From Nitrospirota bacterium (GTDB lineage: Bacteria > Nitrospirota > Thermodesulfovibrionia > Thermodesulfovibrionales > JdFR-86), in NCBI GenBank assembly GCA_963721805.1, contig CAVRJY010000002.1, positions 64,001 to 128,000 of the forward strand: a stretch of 64,000 nt of DNA. Direction: 5' to 3'. Positions 19,549 to 29,958 of this stretch are shown here, one piece after another. Within the stretch, counting starts at the first letter, position 1. Each line of letters begins with the position of its first letter. Both the position numbers and the translations under genes were made by a program. The notes under the pieces are model-generated. The model saw only the letters and a program-made list of their open reading frames with translations, did not search any database and had not been told where the DNA came from.

Positions 19549-20646
19549 CTATACCAGCAGCCTGTCGCGCTTCGAGGTGATGTCTTTTAAAAGGGACTCG
19601 AACGAGGCGATGAAGGACTTGACCCCGTCGGCCTCGAGCTTCTCCGTGCAGGCGTCTATGTCTATGCCGCGGCCGCGGAGCTTATCGAATACGCCCGCGG
19701 CCTCGCCGATCCCGTCGTCTATCGCGACGCGCACCGAGCCCTTGGCCTTGAAGGCGTGCAGCGTGGCCTCCGGCAGCGTGTTTACGGTGTCCGGGGCGAT
19801 GATCTCCTCTACGTACTTCACTGGGCTGTAAGCGGGGTTCTTCGTCCCGGTGCTGGCCCAGAGCAGGCGCTGCACCGATGCGCCCTTAAGCGCGCCAAAG
19901 CGCGCCGAGCCGAACGCGGAGCGGAAGTGGCTGTACGCGACCTTCGCGTTTGCGACCGCAGCGAGGCCCATCAGCGAGGCGTCCGCGCCCTGCGACTCGA
20001 GGATGCCGTCGACCATCGTATCTACGCGGCTTACGAAGAAGCTCGCGACCGATGCTATGCCCGAGACCGGCTTGCCCTCCGCCGCTCGGCGCTCAAGCCC
20101 GCGCAGGTAAGCCTCGGTGACGTCGATGTAGCGCGCGACCGAAAACAGCAGCGTGACGTTTACGCTCACGCCCTGATATATGAGTTCCTCTATCGCGGGG
20201 ATGCCCTCGCGGGTGGCCGGGACCTTGATCAGGATATTAGGAAGGTTGAGGCGCGAATACAGCTCGCGGGCCTCGGCCACCGTGGCCGCCGCGTCGTATG
20301 CGATATCCGGGGAGACCTCGATGCTCACGAAGCCGTCAGCCCCAGCCGTGGCGTCGAACACCGGGCGGAGCACCGCCGCCGCATCCGCGATGTCGTCGAG
20401 CGCGAGGCCGAAAAACAGCTCCTTCTCGCCGCGCATGCCGCCCTTGAGCAGGGCGCGCAGGCGCGAGTCGTAGTCGCTGCTCCCCACTATCGCCTTTTGG
20501 AAGATCGTGGGGTTGGAGGTCACTCCGGTGATCGCGTCTTCCGAGACCCAGCGCTGCAGTTCGCCGGAGTCGACCAGTTTGCGGCTTAGGTTATCCAGCC
20601 AGACGCTCTGGCCCACACGATTCAATTGACGAAGATTGTTCCCCAT
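19549..20646 (-). CDS. tal: Transaldolase
   Basis: GQSVWLDNLSR, GVTSNPTIF, IKVPAT, NVTLLFS, ASFFVSR, LWASTGTKNP. Confidence 0.95.
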   Translation of the reverse strand: MGNNLRQLNRVGQSVWLDNLSRKLVDSGELQRWVSEDAITGVTSNPTIFQKAIVGSSDYDSRLRALLKGGMRGEKELFFGLALDDIADAAAVLRPVFDATAGADGFVSIEVSPDIAYDAAATVAEARELYSRLNLPNILIKVPATREGIPAIEELIYQGVSVNVTLLFSVARYIDVTEAYLRGLERRAAEGKPVSGIASVASFFVSRVDTMVDGILESQGADASLMGLAAVANAKVAYSHFRSAFGSARFGALKGASVQRLLWASTGTKNPAYSPVKYVEEIIAPDTVNTLPEATLHAFKAKGSVRVAIDDGIGEAAGVFDKLRGRGIDIDACTEKLEADGVKSFIASFESLLKDITSKRDRLLV

Positions 20647-20702
20647 TTTAAAAACCCTCCCCAAGATTGGATGTGGGTATTCTAACAATTCCGGCTGCCT
20701 GC

Positions 20703-20876
20703 ATGAAAGTGCGCGAAAGTCGCGCCAAATCGCGTGATACGTTGTCACGGCTTCGAAGACGCGCCCTCGGAGTACGTCTCAGTACACCGTCGGGCGGTCT
20801 TCTCGCCGTTCCTAGTCTGACGCTGATTTCTCGCGCTTTAAGTTTCTGATGTCTCCATGAGCGAGCGGTCAACGGC
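20703..20876 (+). repeat. Palindromic RPE/MITE-like repeat, copy R4
   Basis: Core shared with R2; tail CGCGCTTTAAGTTTCT...GCGAGCGGTCAA shared with R6. Confidence 0.85.
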
Positions 20877-20896
20877 ATGGTTTGAGGGCCGGTCAT

Positions 20897-21232
20897 ACGC
20901 ATATATACGCATATCGCGCGCGCGCGTTTTATTTTATGTGTTCGGATGTTTGAGGCAAATAAGCGGCTAACCATCTGGAAAACATCGTTTTTCTGAGTCC
21001 GGCGCTGTTCGGATGTTCGGATAATTCGCGCGGTTTTCGACCCTGCCTCCGAACGCGCGTCGATGCCCGCCTCATTCGCTTCACAGCCCATCGGATATGC
21101 ATCTATCTTGCTCATAGCACCACTATACAACAAACAATGCGATACTTTGGTTTATATATAAACCGAAGTTGATAGGAAAAATTGACCCTCGTGCGTTTTC
21201 TATTAACTATAGTTAGTGAAGATGGCAGTCTG
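20897..21232 (+). repeat. Origin-like non-coding module, copy B
   Basis: CATATATACGCATA-(CG)n-TTTTATTTTAT, TGTTCGGATG repeats, palindrome GGTTTATATATAAACC (21149-21164). Confidence 0.75.
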
Positions 21233-21429
21233 AATCGAGGCATTCTTGTGAAATAATGAACCGTGACTATTTTAGAACGAACCTTTGCCGGGTATCCCGC
21301 GGCCATAGCCGCTTTCACAATAGCCCTCGTGCTTTATGGGTATTGCCCGGCCACCGTGGAAATATTTCGATTGGATTTTAATACACCAATGCGGCGGATA
21401 GTGCTATGCTACAAGCGAACAACATTTTT

Positions 21430-21485
21430 TTAAGGAGAAAACCTTAAGGAGAAAACCTTAAGGAGAAAACCTTAAGGAGAAAACC
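21430..21485 (+). repeat. 4x tandem 14-mer TTAAGGAGAAAACC containing the Shine-Dalgarno sequence
   Basis: Four perfect copies ending 4 nt before the ATG at 21490. Confidence 0.95.
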
Positions 21486-21489
21486 ATAC

Positions 21490-22617
21490 ATGGATGATTC
21501 AAAGGAAATCCGTAAATACGAAAAAACCATCGAAGAGAAAAATGTTCTCATCGAGAAGTTACGGGATTCAGTTGCTCTTTTTTCCCGGCAAGCAGATGAC
21601 GCGCAAGTAGCGCGAATTTTCGCTGAGTATATATTCAATACGGTACACGAACCAGTTTTGATCATTGATGGTGAATTCAAGGTCATCACCGCCAATGTCT
21701 CTTTTTATCGCGACTTTGCTGTTACAGAGCAAGACATTGCAAAGAAGTCCCTCTTCAGCATGGCGGACAACAAGTTGGACATCCCGGGATTAAGGAATCT
21801 CCTCAATGAGATATTGCCAGGCAGCGGCCGGATACATAATTTTCAGGTGGAAATCGAACTGGCCGGGATCGGGCTCAGAAAGTTCCTCCTGAATGCCACT
21901 AAAGTCCCCCAAACGGACGATACGAGAGAGTTTATCCTGCTTGCATTCAATGACGTAACCGAGCAATCCCGGATGGATGAGCAAAAAGACACCCTGATGA
22001 GAGAGATGCACCACAGGATAAAAAACAACCTCGCCGTCATCCAGGCGCTGCTGAGGCTTCAGTCAAAGGATATCGACGATGAAATAGCCAGGGAATATTT
22101 CGATGAGACCCATGCGCGTGTGCAATCGATATCCCTGATCCATGAGATGCTGTATCAATCCCGCGACCTTTCAAACATCAATTTCCTGGAATACATAGGC
22201 AAGCTGATTAAATCCCTCGTCCGTTACAATAAAGAAAATTCAATGGTAAGCATTTCGTTAAACATCGAGTCTATTACCCTTGACCTTGACAGCATGCTGC
22301 CGCTTGGATTAATAGTCACCGAACTTGTGACAAACGCATTCAAGTACGCGTTCCCTGATGGAAGGAGCGGGCATATAACGATCGGGCTTTCAAGCAAGGA
22401 TAATGATCACCATGTCCTCAGCGTAAAGGATGACGGGGTAGGCATCCCTCAGGACTTCGATATCAATAAGGCCGATTCTTTTGGGATGAAGATCATATCA
22501 TCCCTGGTCAAGCAGATCAGGGGGGGCTTGGAAATCCTCAGAGATGGCGGGTCGGAATTCAGGATCAGCTTCCGCAACTTGAAGCCATCCGATTTAGCGG
22601 AAAAAAGCGGTTCATAG
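21490..22617 (+). CDS. PAS + HisKA_2 signal-transduction histidine kinase
   Basis: REMHHRIKNNL, TELVTNAFKYAFP, DDGVG, SFGMKII. Confidence 0.88.
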   Translation: MDDSKEIRKYEKTIEEKNVLIEKLRDSVALFSRQADDAQVARIFAEYIFNTVHEPVLIIDGEFKVITANVSFYRDFAVTEQDIAKKSLFSMADNKLDIPGLRNLLNEILPGSGRIHNFQVEIELAGIGLRKFLLNATKVPQTDDTREFILLAFNDVTEQSRMDEQKDTLMREMHHRIKNNLAVIQALLRLQSKDIDDEIAREYFDETHARVQSISLIHEMLYQSRDLSNINFLEYIGKLIKSLVRYNKENSMVSISLNIESITLDLDSMLPLGLIVTELVTNAFKYAFPDGRSGHITIGLSSKDNDHHVLSVKDDGVGIPQDFDINKADSFGMKIISSLVKQIRGGLEILRDGGSEFRISFRNLKPSDLAEKSGS

Positions 22618-22664
22618 GCTGCGCTGGTCCCGGATAGCATTGACGGTTCAACTCCCGGTCGCAT

Positions 22665-22729
22665 GTCTTTAAAGGAAACTTCCCAAGATGGACGATCTGT
22701 TCAAGGGCGCCGGGGGACTCTTGGCCCGC
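22665..22729 (+). pseudogene. Degenerate duplicate of the selA 5' end
   Basis: Translates RKLPKMDDLFKGAGGLLAR versus SelA RKLPKVDDLLKAAGGLIAR (24980-25044). Confidence 0.75.
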
Positions 22730-22846
22730 GCCATCGCCAATCACGCATATACCGTTTCATAATTTTGAACGCATATTTTTCTTGATTTATTATTTCCCCC
22801 GGCACATAATACTCGGCAGAAATATATCTCGCTGGGGAGGCGAACA

Positions 22847-22969
22847 ATGGCTAAGGATAAATTTTTAAGGTTGTTGTGTCTTTTGGTGTCTGTTGTGCTC
22901 GTTTCATTTGTCGCAGGCTGCACTGGCAGCGGCAGCAGCGGGAGCGTCTTTACTGGACGAACAGCTTGA
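22847..22969 (+). pseudogene. Truncated lipoprotein gene remnant
   Basis: GGGGAGG RBS; MAKDKFLRLLCLLVSVVLVSFVAG-C lipobox and Gly/Ser linker, then stop inside the convergent gene. Confidence 0.5.
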
Positions 22970-24531
22970 ATTTCTTTTGCGTAATTCTCAGGTACCATTT
23001 CAGGAAAGCGGGAGTGTAAATAACCTTTATGAATTTACTGAGGAACTTATAACGTTTGCTCTGCGCCCAAAACCTCTTGAGGCAATGCCTGCATTGCACG
23101 AGCTTGTTGAAATACCGCAATGAAGCCGGGAAAAGCCATAACTCGGTATTTTCTTGCAGGACATTGAAATTCTTATAGGTGTTGAGTTTGTTGCAGTGCG
23201 GGCACTCGACGCTCAAAGAAGTATCGTCGACCTGCTCCGGGACGGAGGAGGGACTATGATTTATCCTCGCCTTGGTGATTTCCGTCAGGATATAGCAGAT
23301 ATCGTCGACGGGCATCTGGGTCATATTGTACTGGTCGAAGAAATGATTTTCTATATAGTCGATCTTGTCGGAGATGATGCCTTTTTCCACGCAATAGCGG
23401 TAGAGGACGCTGTCGGGGCACGGGAATATAAAATGCAAGAATATGGCGGCCCAGCTGTGCTCCTTCCAGAAAGCCATCGTCTCGTTGAAGGTTTCAAGCG
23501 TTTCTGCGACGTCGCCGAAGATAAAGCCCGCCTGCAGGCCGATGTTATTTTCGAAGGTCATATGCAGGGCCGCGTGGATCTGCTCGGGGGATATTTTCTT
23601 TTTCATGCTTTTCAGTATCGTGTCGCTGTAGCTCTCAAACCCGAAGCTGACGAGATAGCAGCCGGCTTCCTTCATCGCCTTCAGCATTTCGGAAGAAATC
23701 CTGTCGACGCGGAGCTGGCAGAACCATACCACGTCCCACTGGACCGTTTTCTTCAATTCGGAAAACTTCCTGCAGAACTCAAAGACCCTGTCCTCGTTAT
23801 ACGCAAACAGCTCGTCATAAATCGAGACGAGGTTGATGCGGTACTTCGGGATGGCCAGGCTTAGCTCCTCGATTATCGAGTCTATCGAGCGCTGCCTGTA
23901 TTTGTTGCCCAGCGGGTGATAGCAAAATGTGCACTGGTAGGGGCAGGAACGCGACGCGATGAGCGGGTAGACCCGCGGATAATCGAATAAATAATTGACG
24001 ATATTGTCGGAGGACTTGGCCGCATCCAGCGACAGGCCCAGTTCGAGCGCTTCCCAATCCGGCAAGGGCAATGCGTCTAGGGCGTCTATGGGTTTCCTCT
24101 TGCCGGTGCATACAAACTTGCCGTTGTCGAAAAAACCGATGCCGTCCACCCCGTCGACGGGCGCGCCGCTTCGGATGGCCGTGACAAGTTCGACTATGGT
24201 GACCTCTCCCTCGCCTATAACCGCATAATCGATCCCAAGGTGCGACGATATAAGTTTCGGGTTCGGAGGTTATTATGCCGCCGCCCACTATCAGCTTGCA
24301 GCCGAAAGGCTTCGCGGTCTGGATTATCTTCCTTATCTCTTTCAGCTCGCAGGAGAGGCCGCCTGTGGCGACGATATCGTACTTGTTGTCTCTCAGGACC
24401 TGCGGCAGCGTGCCGGCCCTGTGTTTGCTCAGACAATCGACGTCAAAACCCGCTTGTTTCAAGGAGGCGACGATATAAGCGATACCTGGAGACTCAAGTG
24501 AGTTCGGCGGATTTACACATAAAATTTTCAT
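22950..24531 (-). CDS. B12-binding domain radical SAM protein (frameshift near 24240)
   Basis: N-terminal B12-binding part in ORF 23815-24531; SRSCPYQCTFC CxxxCxxC motif in ORF 22950-24149. Confidence 0.85.
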
Positions 24532-24726
24532 ATATTTATAAGCGGTTTCCCCTTAGAGATATATTTATTTTCGATAGCATAGCACATGGACAACCGCCAT
24601 TGTGAGAAATATAGGCATTAAATAGCCGAAATTATCTTGCGGCAACCATGGGCTGCTTACCGCCCCTGTGATATAATTCACGATGGCCAGGGACACCGCG
24701 CGGGCGTATTATTAAATCCAATCTAA

Positions 24727-24905
24727 GTCTTTGACCTCGTGGGGGTGCGGGGGGGCGTCCGTTGTCCTCTCCCCCCGAAAGCGCGCCCAAATCGGCTTCA
24801 GACTAGGAACCGGACGAAAAACGACCGCAGTCGTATATGGACATACTTCGAGGATCGTTTTTCGGACGGTGACGACGTATCAAGCGATTTGGAGCGCTTT
24901 GAAAA
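24727..24905 (-). repeat. Palindromic RPE/MITE-like repeat, copy R5
   Basis: Reverse complement closely matches R1. Confidence 0.85.
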
Positions 24906-24963
24906 AAAGCCAGTGCAGCCATTTTCTAATTAATGGGCCTCTTTCCCTATGATATAATTGCCA

Positions 24964-26355
24964 ATGGCTGCCGATAAAGGTCTCTTAAGGAAGCTCCCCA
25001 AGGTGGACGACCTGCTGAAGGCCGCCGGGGGGCTGATCGCACGATACCCGAGGCGCTACGTCCTCGACGCGATCCGCTCGACTATAGAGGCCCGGCGCGC
25101 CGATATCCTCGCTGGCAACAAAGTAGACCTCTCCCCCGATGCGATCATGCCTGAGGTCGAGGCCGCGGTCGAGGGGATGTGGGCCCTGAGCCTCGTGCCG
25201 GTTATCAACGCCACCGGCATCGTCATCCATACCAACCTCGGCCGCTCGCCGTTGAGCGAGGCCGCGATAGAGAACGTCGTGAGGGCCAGCCGGGGGTACT
25301 CGAACCTCGAATACGATATCGAACGCGGCGAGCGCGGCGAGCGCTACAGCCACATCACGCGCCTGCTTCAGGAGACGACCGGGGCCGAGGACGGCATCGC
25401 GGTCAACAACAACGCGGCCGCGGTGCTCGTCTGCCTGAGCGCGCTCGCGCGCGGCCGCGAGGTCGTGGTATCGCGAGGCGAGCTGGTCGAGATCGGCGGC
25501 TCGTTCCGCATCCCGGACGTCATGGCCCAAAGCGGCGCGGTCCTTCGCGAGGTCGGCTCTACGAACAAGACGCACCTTGGCGACTACGAGCGCGCGGTCA
25601 ACGAAAACACCGCGCTCATCCTCAAGGTCCACCAGTCGAACTACCGCATCACCGGCTTCACGTCCGAGGTCTCGATCCCGGAGCTCGTCGCGCTTGGGGC
25701 CAGAAACGGCATCCCTGTGATGCACGACCTCGGCAGCGGCTGCCTCATCGAGCTTGCCGGCCACGGCATGCCCGGCGAGCCCTCGGTGCGCGAGGTAGTT
25801 AAGTGTTGCCCGGATAAATCCGGCCCCGATATAGTCACCTTCAGCGGGGACAAGCTATTGGGCGGCCCGCAGGCCGGGCTGATCGTTGGGGCAAAGAGAT
25901 ACATCGACGGGATACGCAGGCACCCGCTGCTGCGTGCGGTGCGCATAGACAAGCTCACTCTGGCCGCCTTGGAGGCGACCCTGCGCGCGTATATCGACGA
26001 GGACGCAGCGCTTCGAGAGATCCCGGCGCTACGCATGCTCTTGGAGCCTTCCGAGTCCGTGAGGCTGAGGGCGCAGAAGCTCAGCCGCATGCTGAAGGGG
26101 GTCGCGGCGCGCGTCGTGGAGGACGAGACATACTCCGGCGGCGGCGCGCTCCCGATGCAGAAGGTGCGGTCGTGGGCCGTGGCGATACCGCCCGAGGGGG
26201 GGCTTTCGGTCAACGCGCTTGAACTTAAGTTGCGCACAGGCGAGCCGCACGTAATCGCGCGCATAAGCGGCGACGCGCTCCTGCTTAACATGCGCACCGT
26301 CCCGGACGCGGAGCTGGCGCCGCTGGCCGCGCGGGTCAGGGAGGCCCTGGGATGA
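24964..26355 (+). CDS. selA: L-seryl-tRNA(Sec) selenium transferase
   Basis: VINATGIVIHTNLGRSPL, YSNLEYD, VNNNAAAV, SRGELVEIGGSFRIPDVM, FSGDKLLGGPQAG. Confidence 0.97.
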   Translation: MAADKGLLRKLPKVDDLLKAAGGLIARYPRRYVLDAIRSTIEARRADILAGNKVDLSPDAIMPEVEAAVEGMWALSLVPVINATGIVIHTNLGRSPLSEAAIENVVRASRGYSNLEYDIERGERGERYSHITRLLQETTGAEDGIAVNNNAAAVLVCLSALARGREVVVSRGELVEIGGSFRIPDVMAQSGAVLREVGSTNKTHLGDYERAVNENTALILKVHQSNYRITGFTSEVSIPELVALGARNGIPVMHDLGSGCLIELAGHGMPGEPSVREVVKCCPDKSGPDIVTFSGDKLLGGPQAGLIVGAKRYIDGIRRHPLLRAVRIDKLTLAALEATLRAYIDEDAALREIPALRMLLEPSESVRLRAQKLSRMLKGVAARVVEDETYSGGGALPMQKVRSWAVAIPPEGGLSVNALELKLRTGEPHVIARISGDALLLNMRTVPDAELAPLAARVREALG

Positions 26356-27032
26356 GCTGGTACAATTCGGCCGATACCCAGGAGGCCTTGATACGGCTTT
26401 TGGTGGCGGCCGTCCTGGGCGGCATAATCGGTTTCGAGCGCCAGCGCCATGGCCGCCCGGCCGGGTTTCGCACCCACCTGCTCGTCTCCGTGGCATCGGC
26501 GCTCCTGATGGTGCTGGCCGGGCAGCTCCAGCACCGCTTCACCGACCCCCTGTATCGCATCGACCCCACGCGCGTCGCGGCCGGGGCGATCACGGGCATA
26601 GGATTTCTGGGCGCGGGCGTGATATTCCGGGCAGGCGCGACCGTGCAGGGCCTGACCACCGCGGCCTGCCTCTGGATGGCCACCGCTGTCGGGCTTGCGG
26701 CCGGGGCCGGGGCGTATACGCCGAGCGTCATCGCGGTCTGCATCACGATCTTCGCGCTCCTGGCGCTCCGGTACGTCGAGCGCCGTACGCTCCAGATAAT
26801 GTTCCGCACGATCTCGATAGCGTCGGACTCGATCATGTCCGAAGACGAGATCAAGGCCGTGCTCGACCGCCACGGGCTGCAGATCAACAACATCGACTAC
26901 GAGGCCGACATCGCGGCCGGCACGTCCCACTATACGATCTCGGTGGCGTATGACAGCATCGTCAGGATGGCCCCGCTGCTTTCGGACCTCTCGGCGCTCA
27001 AGGGCATGCGCCGCGTCGCTATCCGCGTATAG
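26352..27032 (+). CDS. MgtC/SapB family membrane protein
   Basis: IGFERQ..GRPAGFRTH, DPTRVAAGAITGIGFLGAGVI, GLTTAA. Confidence 0.92.
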   Translation: MSWYNSADTQEALIRLLVAAVLGGIIGFERQRHGRPAGFRTHLLVSVASALLMVLAGQLQHRFTDPLYRIDPTRVAAGAITGIGFLGAGVIFRAGATVQGLTTAACLWMATAVGLAAGAGAYTPSVIAVCITIFALLALRYVERRTLQIMFRTISIASDSIMSEDEIKAVLDRHGLQINNIDYEADIAAGTSHYTISVAYDSIVRMAPLLSDLSALKGMRRVAIRV

Positions 27033-27140
27033 TAAATCGCTTCGGCCGCCAGAGGCTGAGATCGCGGCAAAGAAAAGGGGCCAGTCGGCCCCATACCACC
27101 AATCGGGCTGTCCCAGATGCTATAATATAGATTCAAAATC

Positions 27141-28142
27141 ATGGCAACTTATCTGGATTTCGAGAGGCCGATCGAGGACCTGGAGCTCAAGATCGAGGAG
27201 CTCCGGCGCATCTCGGACGGCACGGACCTGGACATATCCTCCGAGCTCAAGAAGCTCGACCGCAAGGCCGGGGAGCTTAGGGCCGAGATATTTTCGGGCC
27301 TCACGCGCTGGCAGAAGACCCAGCTCGCGCGCCACCCCGACCGCCCATACACGCTCGACTATATCGGGCTGATTGTAAAGGATTTTATCGAGCTGCACGG
27401 CGACCGCCGCTTCAGCGACGACCTCGCGATAGTCGGCGGCCTCGGCAGGATAGGGGACGTCTCGGTGATGGTCATAGGCCACCAGAAGGGCAGGGGCGTG
27501 AAGCGCCGCATCGAGCGCAACTTCGGCCAGCCCCACCCGGAGGGCTACCGCAAGGCGATGCGCCTGATGCGCCTGGCCGAGCGGTATAAAAAGCCGGTCG
27601 TCACGTTCATCGACACCCCCGGCGCATACCCCGGCATCGGGGCCGAGGAGCGCGGGCAGGCCGAGGCGATAGCGACGAACCTGATGGAGATGTCCCGCCT
27701 GCGCGTGCCGATAGTCTCGGTCGTGATCGGCGAGGGCGGCAGCGGCGGGGCGCTCGCATTGGGCGTGGCCGACCGCCTCTATATGCTCGAACACTCGGTG
27801 TATTCCGTGATATCCCCCGAGGGCTGCGCCTCGATACTCTGGCGCAAGAGCGGGGCGCTCACGGCCGAGGACTTCGCGCGCGCCGCGGACGCCCTGAAGC
27901 TCACCGCGCAGGACCTGCAGGAGTTCAAGGTCATAAACGGCATCATCCCCGAGCCGATGGGCGGCGCCCACCGCGACCCGGCCGAGGTCGCCCGCGGCAT
28001 CGAGGCGGCCGTCACACAGGCGCTTGCCGAGCTGATGCCGAAGGCCCCCGGAAAGCTCACCGAGGAGCGCTACCGCAAGCTCCGCCGCCTCGGCGAGTAC
28101 ACGGACGAGCAGAAGACCGCGGCCAACGCGGACGAAGGCTAA
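27141..28142 (+). CDS. accA: Acetyl-CoA carboxylase carboxyltransferase alpha subunit
   Basis: [36 protein letters not shown]. Confidence 0.97.
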   Translation: MATYLDFERPIEDLELKIEELRRISDGTDLDISSELKKLDRKAGELRAEIFSGLTRWQKTQLARHPDRPYTLDYIGLIVKDFIELHGDRRFSDDLAIVGGLGRIGDVSVMVIGHQKGRGVKRRIERNFGQPHPEGYRKAMRLMRLAERYKKPVVTFIDTPGAYPGIGAEERGQAEAIATNLMEMSRLRVPIVSVVIGEGGSGGALALGVADRLYMLEHSVYSVISPEGCASILWRKSGALTAEDFARAADALKLTAQDLQEFKVINGIIPEPMGGAHRDPAEVARGIEAAVTQALAELMPKAPGKLTEERYRKLRRLGEYTDEQKTAANADEG

Positions 28143-28178
28143 ATTGCCCAACATATATCCGACAGGAGACGCTCACCG

Positions 28179-29493
28179 ATGATCGCACGCTATACGAGGA
28201 CCGAGATGGGCAGGCTCTGGGAGCTTGAAAACAAATACCGCACGTGGCTCGACGTAGAGCTGGCGGCCTGCGAGGCATGGGCCAGCCACGGCGAGATCCC
28301 AAAGGAAGCCCTCCGCGAGATCAAAAAGACCGCGGCCTTCAACGTCGAGCGCATCGAGGAGATAGAGGCCGAGGTCAAGCACGACGTGATCGCCTTCCTC
28401 ACCTCGGTGGCCGAGTACGTCGGCCCGGACAGCAGGTATATCCACAAGGGGCTCACGTCATCGGACGTCGTCGATACCGCGACCTCGATCCTGATGCGTC
28501 AGGCCTCGGACATCATCATACAGGACCTCGGCGAGCTCCTCGACGTGCTAAAGCGCCAGGCCTTCGCCCATAAAGACACGGTCTGCATAGGCCGGAGCCA
28601 CGGCGTTCACGCCGAGCCGATGGTCTTCGGGCTCAAGTTCGCGCTGTGGTATGAGGACATGAGGCGCAACCTCTGCCGCATGGAGCGCGCCCGTGAGGTC
28701 ATAAGCGTGGGCAAGCTCTCCGGGGCCGTGGGGACGTTTTCGAACATCCCGCCGGCGATAGAGGAGAAGGTGTTAAAGAAGCTCGGCCTCGCGCCCGAGC
28801 CGGTCGCCACGCAGGTAGTCCAGCGCGACCGCCACGCCGAATACATGACCACGCTGGCGCTGATCGCGGCCGGGATAGAGAAGATCTCGATAGAACTCCG
28901 CCACCTCCAGCGCACGGAGGTCCTCGAGGCCGAGGAGCCGTTTAGCAAGGGCCAGAAGGGATCCTCCGCGATGCCGCACAAGCGCAACCCGATAGGGGCC
29001 GAGAACCTCTCCGGCCTGTCGCGCATCGTGCGCACCAATGCCATAGCCGCGCTTGAGTCCGTCGCGCTCTGGCACGAGCGCGACATATCGCACTCCTCGG
29101 TCGAGCGCGTCATCATCCCAGACAGCACGATACTGGTCGACTACATGCTCGTGCGGCTGCGCGGCATCCTCGACGGGCTGCTCGTCTACCCGGAGCGAAT
29201 GAAGAAGAACATGGACGCCTCGTTCGGGCTTTATAACTCTCAGCGCGTGATGCTCGCGCTTGATCGCCAAGGGCATGACGCGCGAGGACGCTTACGCCCT
29301 CGTGCAGCGCAACGCGATGGCCGCCTGGAAGCAGAAGAAGGACTTCCAGCTGCTGCTCGACAAAGACCGCGAGGTCAGAAAGCATATGAGCAAGGACGAG
29401 CTGAAGTCCGCGTTCGACCTGCAGCCGTACCTGAAGAACATAGGATACATCTATAAACGCGTGTTCGGGGGCCGCCTGGCCCATCGCGCTTAA
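28179..29493 (+). CDS. purB: Adenylosuccinate lyase (frameshift near 29260)
   Basis: [28 protein letters not shown]-terminus [13 protein letters not shown] continues in another frame. Confidence 0.95.
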
Positions 29494-29550
29494 TAACATC
29501 AGCGCCCTGTTGTTTCGGGCGGACTCAGCGAGTTGAAAGGACATGCCGGT

Positions 29551-29958
29551 ATGGGCGGTATCAAGCTGACGACTTTCAGGTGCGGCACCGGGAGGACTCC
29601 CGGCGAGGGGCTGCGCATAGGAACCGTGCGGTATCTCCCGCGCGGAGTCAAGAAAGAAAACTACGCCAAGGAAAACTTCTTCGACGTCTGGCTCCCGATC
29701 GTCGCGCCATCGAGGGAGCTGCTGACCGAGTTCAAGAAGCACGACATAAACGACCCCAAGACACTGGAGACGTTCTTCGGCCGGTACGAGCACGAGATGA
29801 AAAACAGCACCGACGCCAGACAGACGATCCACCTGCTTGCCGCTGTTGCCGCGGAGACGCCGATAGCCATTGGCTGCTATTGCGAGGACGAGAGCCAGTG
29901 CCACCGGATCGTGCTTAAGCGGATCATCCACGAGGTCTCCAAAGGGCAATGGGCATGA
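29551..29958 (+). CDS. DUF488 (YeaO-like) family protein
   Basis: GLRIGTVRYLPRGVKKE, VAPSRELL, CYCEDESQCHR. Confidence 0.8.
   Translation: MGGIKLTTFRCGTGRTPGEGLRIGTVRYLPRGVKKENYAKENFFDVWLPIVAPSRELLTEFKKHDINDPKTLETFFGRYEHEMKNSTDARQTIHLLAAVAAETPIAIGCYCEDESQCHRIVLKRIIHEVSKGQWA

Noticed and set aside
20648..21133. ORFs 20648-21133, 49127-49612 and 11453-11839 as genes
   Set aside because: They run through palindromic repeats or the riboswitch; shared peptides such as IRTSEQ simply reflect the TGTTCGGA DNA repeat.
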